DNA of 63,236 nucleotides, counting the filler, from Octopus bimaculoides (lineage: Eukaryota): the NCBI RefSeq assembly GCF_001194135.2. It is 7 parts of 7 records of this genome, joined end to end, with 100 filler letters (N's around TTAATTAATTAA, not from the genome) between each part and the next. Parts side by side here need not be neighbours in the genome. Positions count along the whole stretch, not along the records: positions 1 to 23,921 come from NC_068999.1; positions 24,022 to 45,489 come from NW_026397266.1; 5 more parts are not named here. One strand, 5' to 3'. Made by a program: the position numbers and the translations under genes. Of the stretch, positions 13,170-25,961 are shown piece by piece. The number at the start of each line of letters is the position of its first letter. Positions within the stretch are counted from its first letter, which is position 1. The notes beneath the pieces were generated by a model, which made no database searches, was not told the origin of the DNA, and saw only the letters and a list, made by a program, of their open reading frames with translations.

Positions 13170-13852
13170 GAGGAGGAGGAGGAGGTGCAAGTGTGTTTGT
13201 GTGTGTGTATTCAATTCAGGACAGACACTGATTGAATGTATTTGATCAATAGGGTCTCTCTGATCAGTATCGACCTGCAGGTTGATAAACAAACAAACAA
13301 ACGAAAAGACACGGTCATTACTTATTTCTTTTTAAAACAGCATAATCAAAGACGGAAAGCCAACGCCGATATCTTTCCGCCTACCCCTCACTCTTCCCCT
13401 ATATTTCGTGGCCTTGCCTATACGGACAGCAAGAAGGACAGCACTGGAACCAAATTCTGGCAAAAAGAGCAGATTTCACAAAATGTACACAAGTGCCAGA
13501 TATTTGCGTACAAACCGTGTGACAGACGAAGTGAATTTCACAAGAGGAGTCCATTTCGACGGGTTTCCAAATACGTCCATCTATCAAAACATACAAGACT
13601 ATACGGGTTCTAATTTTCAAATAGGAAACGGATTTGCAAGAACAAAAACCCAAATAGACACACACAAACACAATAGTATAAGTAAACTCATTGTTTGTTA
13701 TTTAGAGGACCAAACTCAAATGCATATTTTGCAAGTTATGTGTGTGTGAGTGTATTGGTATTTCGTAAGGGATTTCTCCAAACCTTTACCATGGTGTGTT
13801 CGCAGTGAAGTATTCAAAATAAGTTAGCCAACAGTTAATAAACATATCCAGT

Positions 13853-14072
13853 AAGGCGACGAGCTGGGAGAAGTTTTAGCATGCCGGGCTAAATACTTAG
13901 CAGTATTTCGTCTGTCTTTACGTTCTGAGTTCAAATTCCGCCGAGGTCGACCTTGCCTTTCATCCTTTTGGGGGTCGATAAATTAAGTACCAGTTGCGTA
14001 CTGCGGTCGATTTAATCGTTGGCTCACTTCCCCAAAATTTCGGGCCTTGTACCTAGAGTAGAAAAGAATATA
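13853..14072 (+). mobile_element. SINE family A, full length
   Basis: ggcgacgagctgg...tacgttctgagttcaaattccgccgaggtcgac...gggccttgtacctagagtagaaa. Confidence 0.9.
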
Positions 14073-14094
14073 TGGATCCAATAATAATTATTAT

Positions 14095-14139
<45 letters not shown>

Positions 14140-14604
14140 TATATATATGTAGATATATATACACCTGTTTGATATNNNNNNNNNNNNNNNNNNNNNNNNN
14201 NNNNNNNNNNNNNNNNNNNNNNNNNNNNNNNNNNNNNNNNNNNNNNNNNNNNNNNNNNNNNNNNNNNNNNNNNNNNNNNNNNNNNNNNNNNNNNNNNNNN
14301 NNNNNNNNNNNNNNNNNNNNNNNNNNNNNNNNNNNNNNNNNNNNNNNNNNNNNNNNNNNNNNNNNNNNNNNNNNNNNNNNNNNNNNNNNNNNNNNNNNNN
14401 NNNNNNNNNNNNNNNNNNNNNNNNNNNNNNNNNNNNNNNNNNNNNNNNNNNNNNNNNNNNNNNNNNNNNNNNNNNNNNNTATATATATATATATATATGT
14501 GCATATATAAAACTTTGATAAAACTTAGATATGTTTCGACCAAAGATTGGTCCAGGCCATGTCTGACTTAATACCACCACTTGATAGGATTATCGATTCT
14601 TTTA

Positions 14605-14763
14605 TTCATTTATTTGTTTCAGTCATTTGACTGCGGCCATGCTGGAGCACCGCCTTTAGTTGAGCAAATCGACCCCGAGACTTAATCTTTGTAAGCCTAG
14701 TACTTATTCTATCGGTTCCTTTTGCCGAACCACTAAGTTATGGGAACATAAGCACACCAGCGT
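14605..14763 (-). mobile_element. SINE family B, 3' half
   Basis: ttcagtcatttgactgcggccatgctggagcaccgcc. Confidence 0.85.
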
Positions 14764-15084
14764 CGTGTAAAATTGTCGCCATTCCAGAACGCCTCGAAGA
14801 CTTTGATACTGTCTCTTCATACTCATTAAATCCATTAAAATCAACAACAACAACATCAAATGAAACCTGCGTTTGTTATAAACACCTCTGGTTTGACTTA
14901 AAAACGTCCTTGGTCACCATGAACATAAATAAATAAATAAATGAACGAATAAATATTATCTGATATGTGCTTATAAGGATTCGATCGTTTGTACCTTACT
15001 ATCGGACCTTTTGAAATTCAAGGCATGGTATCATGGGGTATCATGGCTCCTTTGTATAGTAGAAACTTTTAAATAGTTTTTATC

Positions 15085-15402
15085 TCGATACAACAGATTT
15101 GCTTGCCAGTTGCTTGACCTTAACCAGTTGAGCACGTCCCTTAGTGGCTGACGTTATGTGCATCTCTGATCACGAGCAGAAGTAGCGGGATGAGCTACTC
15201 GACCTGAAGAAAATTCCAATTCGGCCCCGCCTGCAAAGACATGCGCTGTTTATCTTGATATAAGGTCACCATGTCATGCACGTATGGTTGTGAGGCATAT
15301 GTCCGGTGTACCCTTACCAGACGAGCAGTCATGATGGGTATATTTGGTTTTTTATATTTGTACCCCAGTGTCACTTTGATGGCAAGCGCTGCTCTGTCAC
15401 GC
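15085..15402 (+). mobile_element. Non-LTR retroposon segment with (AAT)n tail (family E), internally deleted copy
   Basis: Homologous to 21375-21843; ends gctgctctgtcacgc-(AAT)n. Confidence 0.7.
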
Positions 15403-15466
<64 letters not shown>

Positions 15467-15700
15467 CCAATTATTGTTGGGTCCTTGGGTACAGTATGAT
15501 ATGAAGGAAATTGGAATAGAGTGCCCAGTAGAACTGTTACCAAAGGTTTGCCTCATTGGCACGGCCAGAATTATCAGGAAGGTATTAGATACCGGAAAAG
15601 AACGGATAGCATGGTACCGTAGACAGCAGGTAGTGCACCCACTACGCATTCACGACTCCAGTAGTTCCAACAAACCCTGCGATAAAAAGAAATAAAGATA
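15467..15700 (+). mobile_element. 3' fragment of R4/Dong-like non-LTR retrotransposon (restriction-like endonuclease C-terminus)
   Basis: PIIVGSLGTV / DMKEIGIECPVELLPKVCLIGTARIIRKVLDT resembles the PIVIGALG...LQK..LLGTARILRKVL C-terminal motif; (AAT)n on both sides. Confidence 0.7.
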
Positions 15701-15749
15701 AAAATAAAAATGACAATAATGATAATAACAACAACAAGAACAACAGCAA

Positions 15750-15888
<139 letters not shown>

Positions 15889-16692
15889 GGTTTCAAACGT
15901 ACATACATACATTCATGCATACATAAATACATACATACATACATACACACATATACACACATATACATAGGCAGATAAATAGATAGATACATAATACATA
16001 CATACACACACACATACATACATACATACATACATACATACATACATACATACATACATACATACATGCATATACACGTGTATATGCAACTTCTTAGCAA
16101 GAAAACTTCCACCTGATGCTTACAAGTATAAATATGGCGCTCCCCTCTCAGTCCTAATTTTTCACATTCTCTTGATAATAATCTCCGGTCGTTCACACAA
16201 CGCTACATCAAGATACTACTAAGCCGCAGGTGTGAACATTCTCCATCTTAGAACAGCTACCTCAATATTTACACAATAAGCAGACAAAGCAATTAGTTTC
16301 AGTTTCGATTTATGATAATATTATCGAATCAATTACAGCTTGCTAGACACATATTTGCAATAAAGAGAAAAAAAAAAAACTCACAAAAACTGTTACCTTC
16401 ATTTAAACATTTATTATTTCGTGTCGACCACTTCGTCGCACCAACTGCAACCTGGTCACTGACACTGTCTCACCACAATGTCTGAGGTCACCAAATCACT
16501 TACCTAGAAAGTACATCTCCGAAATTATTCAAATTTGAATCGTGTAGCAGACGTTATTTGAATCGTGTGCGATTCTTGCACAAAATATCCGGATTCGTTA
16601 TGTGAAACACATGCAAAATTTATTCGAGAATTTATTCATAAAAGTATGTAAAGCAGCTCTATTGCTCGGTTCTATCTTCGAATATCAATGTA

Positions 16693-16920
16693 CAGTATTA
16701 ATTCCTCGACTATCGCGGGTGTTACGTTCCATCCTCCGCCCCGCGATAGGTGAAAATCCGCGAAGTAGAAACACTAGTGTACTGTATATTTTTAAAATTG
16801 ATTTTTATAATTTGTATATATTTATTTTATTATAAATGCAAAATAACATCACGGAGGAATCAACGTAAGCTTAAATAATAAACCGCGATAGGCGAACCGC
16901 GATAAGACGAGGAATCACTG
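16693..16920. mobile_element. pogo/Tigger-like MITE
   Basis: TA|CAGTATTAATTCCTCGACTATCGCGG ... CCGCGATAAGACGAGGAATCACTG|TA: imperfect TIRs with TA target duplication. Confidence 0.75.
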
Positions 16921-17087
16921 TATATACATATTTAAGTTTGTCTGTGTATGTGCGTGTGTGTGTACGAACACATACACGCATGAATGATAACCTATCTACC
17001 GTAGGTATAAGGATAGTAATTCTGGGAAGAGGATAAGTCAATTACATCGACCTCCAGTGTTCACGGACCCCAAAAGGACGAAAGAGA

Positions 17088-17136
<49 letters not shown>

Positions 17137-17150
17137 TGCATCTATGTGTA

Positions 17151-17181
<31 letters not shown>

Positions 17182-17356
17182 TTGTGTGCGCGTGTGTGCG
17201 CGTGTGCGTGCGCGTATGTGCGTGTGTGAGCGAGTCATTGCCGGTTTAGTAACGCTGTGTATTCTCTTGTATAGATTCCTGCAAAACCTCTATATCTATT
17301 ACATCATCATTGAGTATTGTCATTTCTTGTTTTGTCGTAGACATGCACACTACTAA

Positions 17357-17390
<34 letters not shown>

Positions 17391-17409
17391 TCACACAATC
17401 CTGCGCTTG

Positions 17410-17600
17410 CGCCGGTTCATCAACGAAGAGGAGCGGGAAGCTTCAGTTAAAGGAGAATTCTTCGCCTCAAAGAAGAAGAAGAACTTGTATCTGCATGGGA
17501 TCAAAGAACTGGCAGAAAGGTGGCTTCAGAGGGTGCAACACAATGGCCTCTACTTTGAATGTTAATCTGTCTTTTGTTGTAACTTGAAGAATAAAACAAA
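17410..17600 (+). mobile_element. Mariner transposase C-terminal remnant
   Basis: 17410-17565 translates RRFINEEEREASVKGEFFASKKKKNLYLHGIKELAERWLQRVQHNGLYFEC*, resembling the mariner FFASK...GI..L.ERW.....NG.YFE end. Confidence 0.8.
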
Positions 17601-17606
17601 TAACTT

Positions 17607-18025
17607 ACTCTTTTACTCTTTTACTTGTTTCAATCATTTGTTTCAATCATTTGACTGTGGCCATGCTGGAGCACCGCCTCTAGTCGAGCAAATCAACCCC
17701 AGGACTTATTCTTTGGAAGCCTAGTACTTATTCTATCGGTCTCTTTTGCCGAACCACTAAGTTACGGGGACTTTTAACACACCAGCATCGGTTGTCAAGC
17801 GATGTTGGGGGACAAACACAGACACACAAACACAGACACTCATACATATATTTACACATATACGACGGTCTTCTTTCAGTTTCCGTCTACCAAATCCACT
17901 CACAAAGCTTTGGTCGGCCTAAGGCTATCGTAGAAGACATTTGCCCAAGGTGCCACGCAGTGGGACTGAACCCGGGACCATGTCGTTGGTAAGCAAGCTA
18001 CTTACCACACAGCCACTCCTACGCC
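17607..18025 (-). mobile_element. SINE family B, full length
   Basis: All family B segments in reverse complement, with (agagtaaa)n-type tail. Confidence 0.9.
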
Positions 18026-19214
18026 TATACTTGTCAACATACAACAAAACTTTTGACTCAACACGATACATTGACACTGTAGCACAAATATACACGGGCA
18101 CGCATGTGCGCGCACACTAATACACACACATGCATGTACACTTGTACTCACTCGCATTAATCTTGTGATATGTGTACATATACATCACGTATCGTAAATA
18201 GGCACACACACACACACACATAAAATCACAGGCACACACACATACACGCATACATACACGCATACATACACACATGCATTTCACAGACACACAAACATAC
18301 AGTGACATAAAGACGCGAACAATGCGCGTGTGTGCACGCACGCTCGCACACACACGTACACACACACATACACACATGCTCTCTCTCTCACACACGCACA
18401 CATAGACACGCTCGCATACACACGCAAGTAAACATGAACAGACCTCCCCCCCCATACAGACACAAAACGTGTAGGTATTTACACACACAGTCAAAGAGAC
18501 AGACAGACATACACACTCAGAGACAGACAGACATACACACTCAGAGACAGACAGACAGACACACACATGCACTCACGCACACACAAGCATGAACACAAAC
18601 AGACGCACACTTACGCAAAACGCTTAGCTATACAGACAAGCGGACACACGCATGCACGCACACTCACACACACACACACACATGCACACATGCAGGCCCT
18701 CACGCCCACACACACACACTTACAAGCACACATGCACACACACATTTACAAGCGTACATGTACACATGAAGACGCTCACGCACACACACACACACACCCA
18801 TGGACACTCGTACAAACAAATACTCACATACGCACGCATATATATATATATATACACGTAGTGAAACGTCCTACATGAGCGCACACACGCACATATACTC
18901 AGTCATGTACGTACTTGTGTAATATCATAGGCGCGAACACACAGACACAGCTACAATTGCCGACTCATTCATTCATAAATGCTGTCAATCAGTCAACCAA
19001 TCAAAAGCCTTGAAATTGTTTAACTTTATTTATTTTTCCTCTGTCTCCATTTTTTCCTCTCCTTTTAATATTCTATTGTCCTGTATGATTACACGCACGC
19101 TCGTACATACATGCATACATACATATCTTTTTTCCTTTTTTTTTTCTTTGAAGTTTCAGCTCAGAGCTGCGACCACGCTGGAGCACCGCCGTTTTGCTAC
19201 ACTGTCATTACTGA

Positions 19215-19620
19215 GAGCCTCCTCTAATATGTGGCACTTGGCGAAGAATGGAGTTTGATGTAGCTACCCTCATTTACCGTGAGGTAGGTTCATGTGGGAC
19301 TCTCGACATGAAGAGGTCCAGCCTTGATTTTAAAACGCCTACGTCTACCTTGTGCAGGTTCCTCAGGCTCTTTGGGAAAATATTAAAAAGCTGTGGGCAC
19401 CTGACTCCCAGGCTGTTGCAGTGACTGTCCCTGAAGCGCGATGGCATTGCTAGGATCTTTAGCACTGTGCAGTGTCCACCCGTTCTGGCATTGGTGCAGC
19501 TTTCAATGCCAAAATTTGGTACAATTCCTTCCAGGATTTTCCAGATGTATATTACTGCATACCTCTCTCACTAGCAGAGCCTGGATCCCCTCAGGAAGGG
19601 GAGTGAGATGTGCCCAGACA
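19215..19620 (-). mobile_element. CR1/L2-group LINE ORF2 3' remnant
   Basis: Minus translation ERYAVIYIWKILEGIVPNFG...NSLGVRCPQLFNIFPKSLRN...KSRLDLFMSRVPHEP...ATSNSIL, with stops. Confidence 0.7.
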
Positions 19621-19707
19621 ATAGATACGGATTATTATTATTACATTGAAAAATTTTAAGTACTGTGAATATTGCATCATCTTTTTCATAATGAAAATTT
19701 TCTAAAT

Positions 19708-19800
<93 letters not shown>

Positions 19801-20820
19801 NNNNNNNNNNNNNNNNNNNNNNNNNNNNNNNNNNNNNNNNNNNNNNNNNNNNNNNNNNNNNNNNNNNNNNNNNNNNNNNNNNNNNNNNNNNNNNNNNNNN
19901 NNNNNNNNNNNNNNNNNNNNNNNNNNNNNNNNNNNNNNNNNNNNNNNNNNNNNNNNNNNNNNNNNNNNNNNNNNNNNNNNNNNNNNNNNNNNNNNNNNNN
20001 NNNNNNNNNNNNNNNNNNNNNNNNNNNNNNNNNNNNNNNNNNNNNNNNNNNNNNNNNNNNNNNNNNNNNNNNNNNNNNNNNNNNNNNNNNNNNNNNNNNN
20101 NNNNNNNNNNNNNNNNNNNNNNNNNNNNNNNNNNNNNNNNNNNNNNNNNNNNNNNNNNNNNNNNNNNNNNNNNNNNNNNNNNNNNNNNNNNNNNNNNNNN
20201 NNNNNNNNNNNNNNNNNNNNNNNNNNNNNNNNNNNNNNNNNNNNNNNNNNNNNNNNNNNNNNNNNNNNNNNNNNNNNNNNNNNNNNNNNNNNNNNNNNNN
20301 NNNNNNNNNNNNNNNNNNNNNNNNNNNNNNNNNNNNNNNNNNNNNNNNNNNNNNNNNNNNNNNNNNNNNNNNNNNNNNNNNNNNNNNNNNNNNNNNNNNN
20401 NNNNNNNNNNNNNNNNNNNNNNNNNNNNNNNNNNNNNNNNNNNNNNNNNNNNNNNNNNNNNNNNNNNNNNNNNNNNNNNNNNNNNNNNNNNNNNNNNNNN
20501 NNNNNNNNNNNNNNNNNNNNNNNNNNNNNNNNNNNNNNNNNNNNNNNNNNNNNNNNNNNNNNNNNNNNNNNNNNNNNNNNNNNNNNNNNNNNNNNNNNAA
20601 CTAACGCTGTAGATGTCAGCTATGACAGGGTTTATTTCAGCCTTCTTCCAGGAATTATTAGCATTTTTTTACTTGAAATCATCGAACATTTTCTTCTTAT
20701 GTTTCGTTTTGTTTTCTTTCAGGTAACCTTTTTTTCATTTTTATCTGTGTTAAGTTTTTTTTCGGTATTCTAACTTTCTCTCCCACATATTTCATTATTT
20801 CTTCTTGAGCTATCTATCTC

Positions 20821-20916
<96 letters not shown>

Positions 20917-21316
20917 CGTGCCTCTCTGTATAACAATCTACGTCTGTCACTCACACACACACACACACACACACATGCATCTTCGTGTGTCTGTTTACGT
21001 GTTTGCTTATGTGCGTGTGCCAGTGTGAACGTTTCTGTATATTCTTATGTTTTATGCCTGTCTACGTCTCTCTAGAGCTACATTATTTAATGTATCATCT
21101 CTTGCTTAATGAAAGAATAAGTATGGATTTGAGATGAATTTGCTGCTATTTCTAGCTAAATATGTAACCACGTCGACAGCTAATCTCATCATTTCCGTTA
21201 TTTACTACCAGGAATCTGTTTTAAAAGCAAAGGGATTCCAAGGGGTTCAGACTGGGGTCTAGCGACATAGAGCTTCCCTCGTATTTAACTTGTTGCGACA
21301 CACTCTAAGAATTATA

Positions 21317-21374
<58 letters not shown>

Positions 21375-21842
21375 TAAAAGATGGGCTACAGTAAATATTC
21401 TGCTCAGTACCACAAATTTGCTTGTCAGTTGCTTGATCTTAACCAGTTGAGCATGTCCCTTGGTGGCTGACGATATGTGCATCTCTGATCATGAGCAGAA
21501 GTAGTGGGGGAGCATCATAACCATGTGCTGAAAGGAATTCTTTGGGGTTTTGAATAATTCACCTTTGGAAACATGGGTGTTTTGCTCAACATCCTTAAAC
21601 AAACCTTATTCAGGGACCTTTTGAGCGGGTTAGGCTACTCGACCTAAAGAAAATACTAACTGGACCCCACCTGCGAGGTCATGCGCTGTGTATCTTGATA
21701 TGAGATCACCATGTCGTGCACATATGGTTGTGATGCATGTGCCTGGTGTACCCTTATCAGACGGGTAGTCATGATGGGTATAATGGGCTTCGTATATTTG
21801 TACCCCAGTGTCACTTTGATGGCATGCACTGCTCTCTCATTC

Positions 21843-21843
<1 letters not shown>
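21375..21843 (+). mobile_element. Non-LTR retroposon segment (family E), longer copy embedded in (AAT)n
   Basis: Homologous to 15085-15402; (AAT)n arrays at ~21318-21373 and ~21845-21908. Confidence 0.7.
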
Positions 21844-21909
<66 letters not shown>

Positions 21910-21911
21910 TT

Positions 21912-22115
21912 TTTTGCACAAGGCCGGCAATTTCGGGAGAGGGATACTGGTCGATGAAATCGACTCTAGTGACCAACTGGTACTTACTTTAACGACCCGG
22001 AAAGGAAGACATGCAAAGTCGACGTCGGCGTTTGAACTCAGAACGTAAAAACTGACGAAATGCCACAAAAACATTTCTTCCATAGTTCTGACGATTCTAC
22101 TAACTCGCCGCCTCA
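21912..22115 (-). mobile_element. SINE family A
   Basis: Reverse complement of family A, with (AAT)n at both ends. Confidence 0.85.
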
Positions 22116-22143
22116 GTAATAACAATAGTAGTAGTAGTAGTAG

Positions 22144-22200
<57 letters not shown>

Positions 22201-22718
22201 TAATAATAATAATAATAATAATAAATTGTAATAAATTGGTAAACTACCTCAGTGACATTTGTCTTAAATAATTTACATAACGTTATCTGTACAGAATTTT
22301 CAATGAGATTCACTTGAATGGAAACCAGCTGGCGATAATTATTCCTCCAGAGGAGATTAGGTAAGATTTTGGTTGCTATACTTGTCTATCAACTTAAACA
22401 AAAGATCAATTGATAAGATTTTCTCTCCAGTCATTTTTATAAAATTATCAAATCTACATCGATCAGGTAAAGAACAGAATGACTGATTAGATATGAATAA
22501 AGTATTGAACTACGAAGACTCGTTGTTCTTGCTGTTGTTGGCATTTCTGGCTCTCTACGTTCAAATCACGCCGAGGTGGACTTTAACTTTAATCATTCTG
22601 GGGTAGATGAAATCAGTACCAGTTGGGCATTAGGGTCAATAGAATCAACCACATTCTTTCCTTAATATTGCTAACCCTGTGCCAAAATTTGAAACCGTTA
22701 TTATCATGCTTGTTAAGG

Positions 22719-23105
22719 GAGGCGCAATGGCCCAGTGGTTAGGGCAGCGGACTCGCGGTCATAGGATCGCGGTTTCGATTCCCAGACCGGGCGTTGTGAG
22801 TGGTTATTGGCCGAAAACACCTAAGGCTCCACGAGGCTCCGGCAAGGGGATGGTGGCGAACCCTGCTGTACTCTTTCACCACAACTTTCTCTCACTCTTA
22901 CTTCCTGTTTCTGATGTGCCTGTATTTCAAAGGGTCAGCCTTGTCACACTGTGTCACGCTGAATATCCCCGAGAACTGCGTTAAGGGTACACGTGTGTGT
23001 GGAGTGCTCAGCCACTTGCACGTTAATTTCACGAGCAGGCTGTTCCGTTGATCGGATCAACTGGAACCCTCGTCGTCGTAAGCGACGGAGTGCCAACAAC
23101 AAAAA
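22719..23105 (+). mobile_element. tRNA(Arg)-like SINE family C, full length with 13-bp TSD
   Basis: A box TGGCCCAGTGG, B box GGTTTCGATTCCC, (CAA)n/A tail; TSD ATGCTTGTTAAGG at 22706-22718 and 23106-23118. Confidence 0.9.
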
Positions 23106-23116
23106 ATGCTTGTTAA

Positions 23117-23720
23117 GGCGGCGAACCGGCAGAATTGCTGGCGCATGGGACAAAGCACTTGGCTGTTTCTTTCGATTTTACGTTCTCAGTTCAAATCCCA
23201 CCGGGATCGACTTTGCCTTTCGTCCATTTGGGGTCGATAAAATGAGTACCAGTTGAGTACGGGGTTCGACGTAATCGAATCAACCCTCGAAACTGGATTG
23301 GCTGGTAACATTTTCTATCGGTCTCAAATGAATGAAAGGCAAAGTTGTGGGGGAACTCGATGACGGAAAGCCTGGGTGAAATTAAACAACAACAACAACA
23401 ACAACAACAAAAAACAACACCAATCACAACAAGGGCAGTAGCAAAAATAACTCAAAAGTGAGTAAAATTTGATCCAGAGATCTGGCTATTCGAAACTTGT
23501 AAGTGTTGGCTAAGGTGGACAGGTTGCAGAATCGTTAGTGCGTCGGACAAAATGCTTAGCGTCATCTCTTCCGCTCTGCTCTTTACGTTCTGAGTTCAAA
23601 TCCGACCTCGCTCAATTCTGCCTTTCATCCCTCTAGATTCAAAAGATAAAGTACCAGTCAAATTCTGGGTTAATGTAATCGACTTGTTTCTCTCCTACCA
23701 AAATTAGGAATCCTGCAACG
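23117..23720 (+). mobile_element. Cluster of SINE family A copies (23117-23290, 23510-23720, plus fragments)
   Basis: Repeated tacgttctgagttcaaat...gcctttcatcc motifs. Confidence 0.75.
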
Positions 23721-23826
23721 AACTGGCATTTTGGTCTGGAGAATATTTTTATATCGACCACTTATACGCCATAGACTCCGAGTAACCGGCTAACGATTCT
23801 GCTAACAATTCTGCTACATCATCACC

Positions 23827-23921
<95 letters not shown>

Positions 23922-24021
23922 NNNNNNNNNNNNNNNNNNNNNNNNNNNNNNNNNNNNNNNNNNNNTTAATTAATTAANNNNNNNNNNNNNNNNNNNNNNN
24001 NNNNNNNNNNNNNNNNNNNNN

Positions 24022-24586
24022 TGTATGTATATATATATATATATGTATATATATGTATGTATATATATATATATATGTATATATATGTATGTATATATAT
24101 ATATATATGTATATATATGTATGTATATATATGTGTATATATATATATATGTATATATATGTATATATGTATATATGTATATATATATATATGTATATAT
24201 GTATATATATATATATATGTATACTCTCTCTGACTGCTTAAAATAGCTTATAGTGTTCTCCATGTTGTTATTGTGTATCCGTTCGTTATTGCTTTAAATT
24301 AAAAAGATTGAGACATTTCGTTGTAACAATAACAACAACCACAACAACAGCCCCTACAACAACAACCACACTAACAATAACAACAGGAGGAAGAACAACG
24401 TCTGTTACATATACGAAAAATGAAATACAATCCCACCGAAAAAATAAATAATAATAAATATGAAAAACGAGAAAGTTAGTATTATTTTTGTTATTGATGT
24501 TGTTGTTGTTGTTGCTTTTTATTGTAAACCCCGATGACAACAACGGCAGTATTCAATAATTCAACACCATATATATTTCATATGTG

Positions 24587-24617
<31 letters not shown>

Positions 24618-24983
24618 GTATGTGTGTATATGTGTTTGTGTGTATATGTGTTTGTGTGTACTTGTATATGTGTATATATGTATATGTATGTGTGTATATA
24701 TGTATGTATATGTATGTGTGTATATATGTATATGTATGTGTGTATATGCATGTGTGTATATGCATATGTACATATGTATGTAAGTGTGTACGTGTATATG
24801 TATGTGTATATATATATATACGTATGTGTATATATATACATGTGTAGTGTATATATATGTATATATACAATATACATTTAATGTATATATGTATATTTTG
24901 TATATAACTATATGTATATAACAGACATTTATATATATAAAATATAAATCACACACATATATATATTACATATGTATATTTTG

Positions 24984-25016
<33 letters not shown>

Positions 25017-25210
25017 AATATATATATATAAAATATGCATATGTATGTATAATATATATATATAAAATATGCATATGTATGTATAATATATATATATATA
25101 AAATATGCATATGTATAATATATCTATATTATATGTATATTGTATAAATATATACTTCATAAACAATATATATATATATATATTTTTATATATATATATA
25201 TATATATACA
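24022..25210. repeat. Large compound (TA)/(TG)/(TATG) low-complexity region
   Basis: Direct inspection. Confidence 0.9.
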
Positions 25211-25921
25211 CGGACACACACACACTGTATACATATTAAATATATAGCATTTATATACATGTATTCTTATTTATAATGTACTTGGTGTTTTTTTAATATA
25301 TAATGCACACGCCTACACACATGTGCAAACGCACACACATACATGTACACGTATACACCCACACACATGCCAAGTCATTAACACTAACTGCATTGTCAAC
25401 AACAGCAACAACAATAATCAAAACAACAACACCTACGAAGAACAACGACACATGTCGAATGAAACTCCCTTTTGAGTTTTTTTTTGTTTTTGCTCCTTTT
25501 TTTGTTTGTCCTCTATTGTGCTATTTTTCACGTTATTAGCCACAAGGGCAGCGAAATTAGAGGAAAGATTTTTGTAAATAAATGGCGAAATGAAAAGAGA
25601 AACAAAAACAAGATGGACGCGTGAAACATGTCAAATACATGAGAATTCTCGGTGACGGTTGTAGAGGTGTTACAGTCTAGTGATTACGGTAGGAAAAGAA
25701 ATGTGTGTGTGTGTGTGTGTAATATATGTGTGAATATGTGTATATTTCTAACACAAAATTTAACACACACACATATAAACCTATGTATATATATATATAT
25801 ATATATATATTGTACATATTCATCGTTTATATGTCTGTCTATTTATCAATGTATATGTGTGTGTGTATATCCATAAACATGCATGTAAATATGAAAACAT
25901 ACATTTGCATATTTGTGTTTA

Positions 25922-25961
<40 letters not shown>

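Noticed and set aside
16420-16445. Minus-strand CGACGA-A-GTG/CAC-GAAA
   Set aside because: The core lacks U4 and there is no stem I pairing; may be chance
22719-22790. tRNA-like sequences (also at 1440-1510 and in family A/B heads)
   Set aside because: They continue into SINE bodies and lack a complete acceptor stem, so they are not tRNA genes
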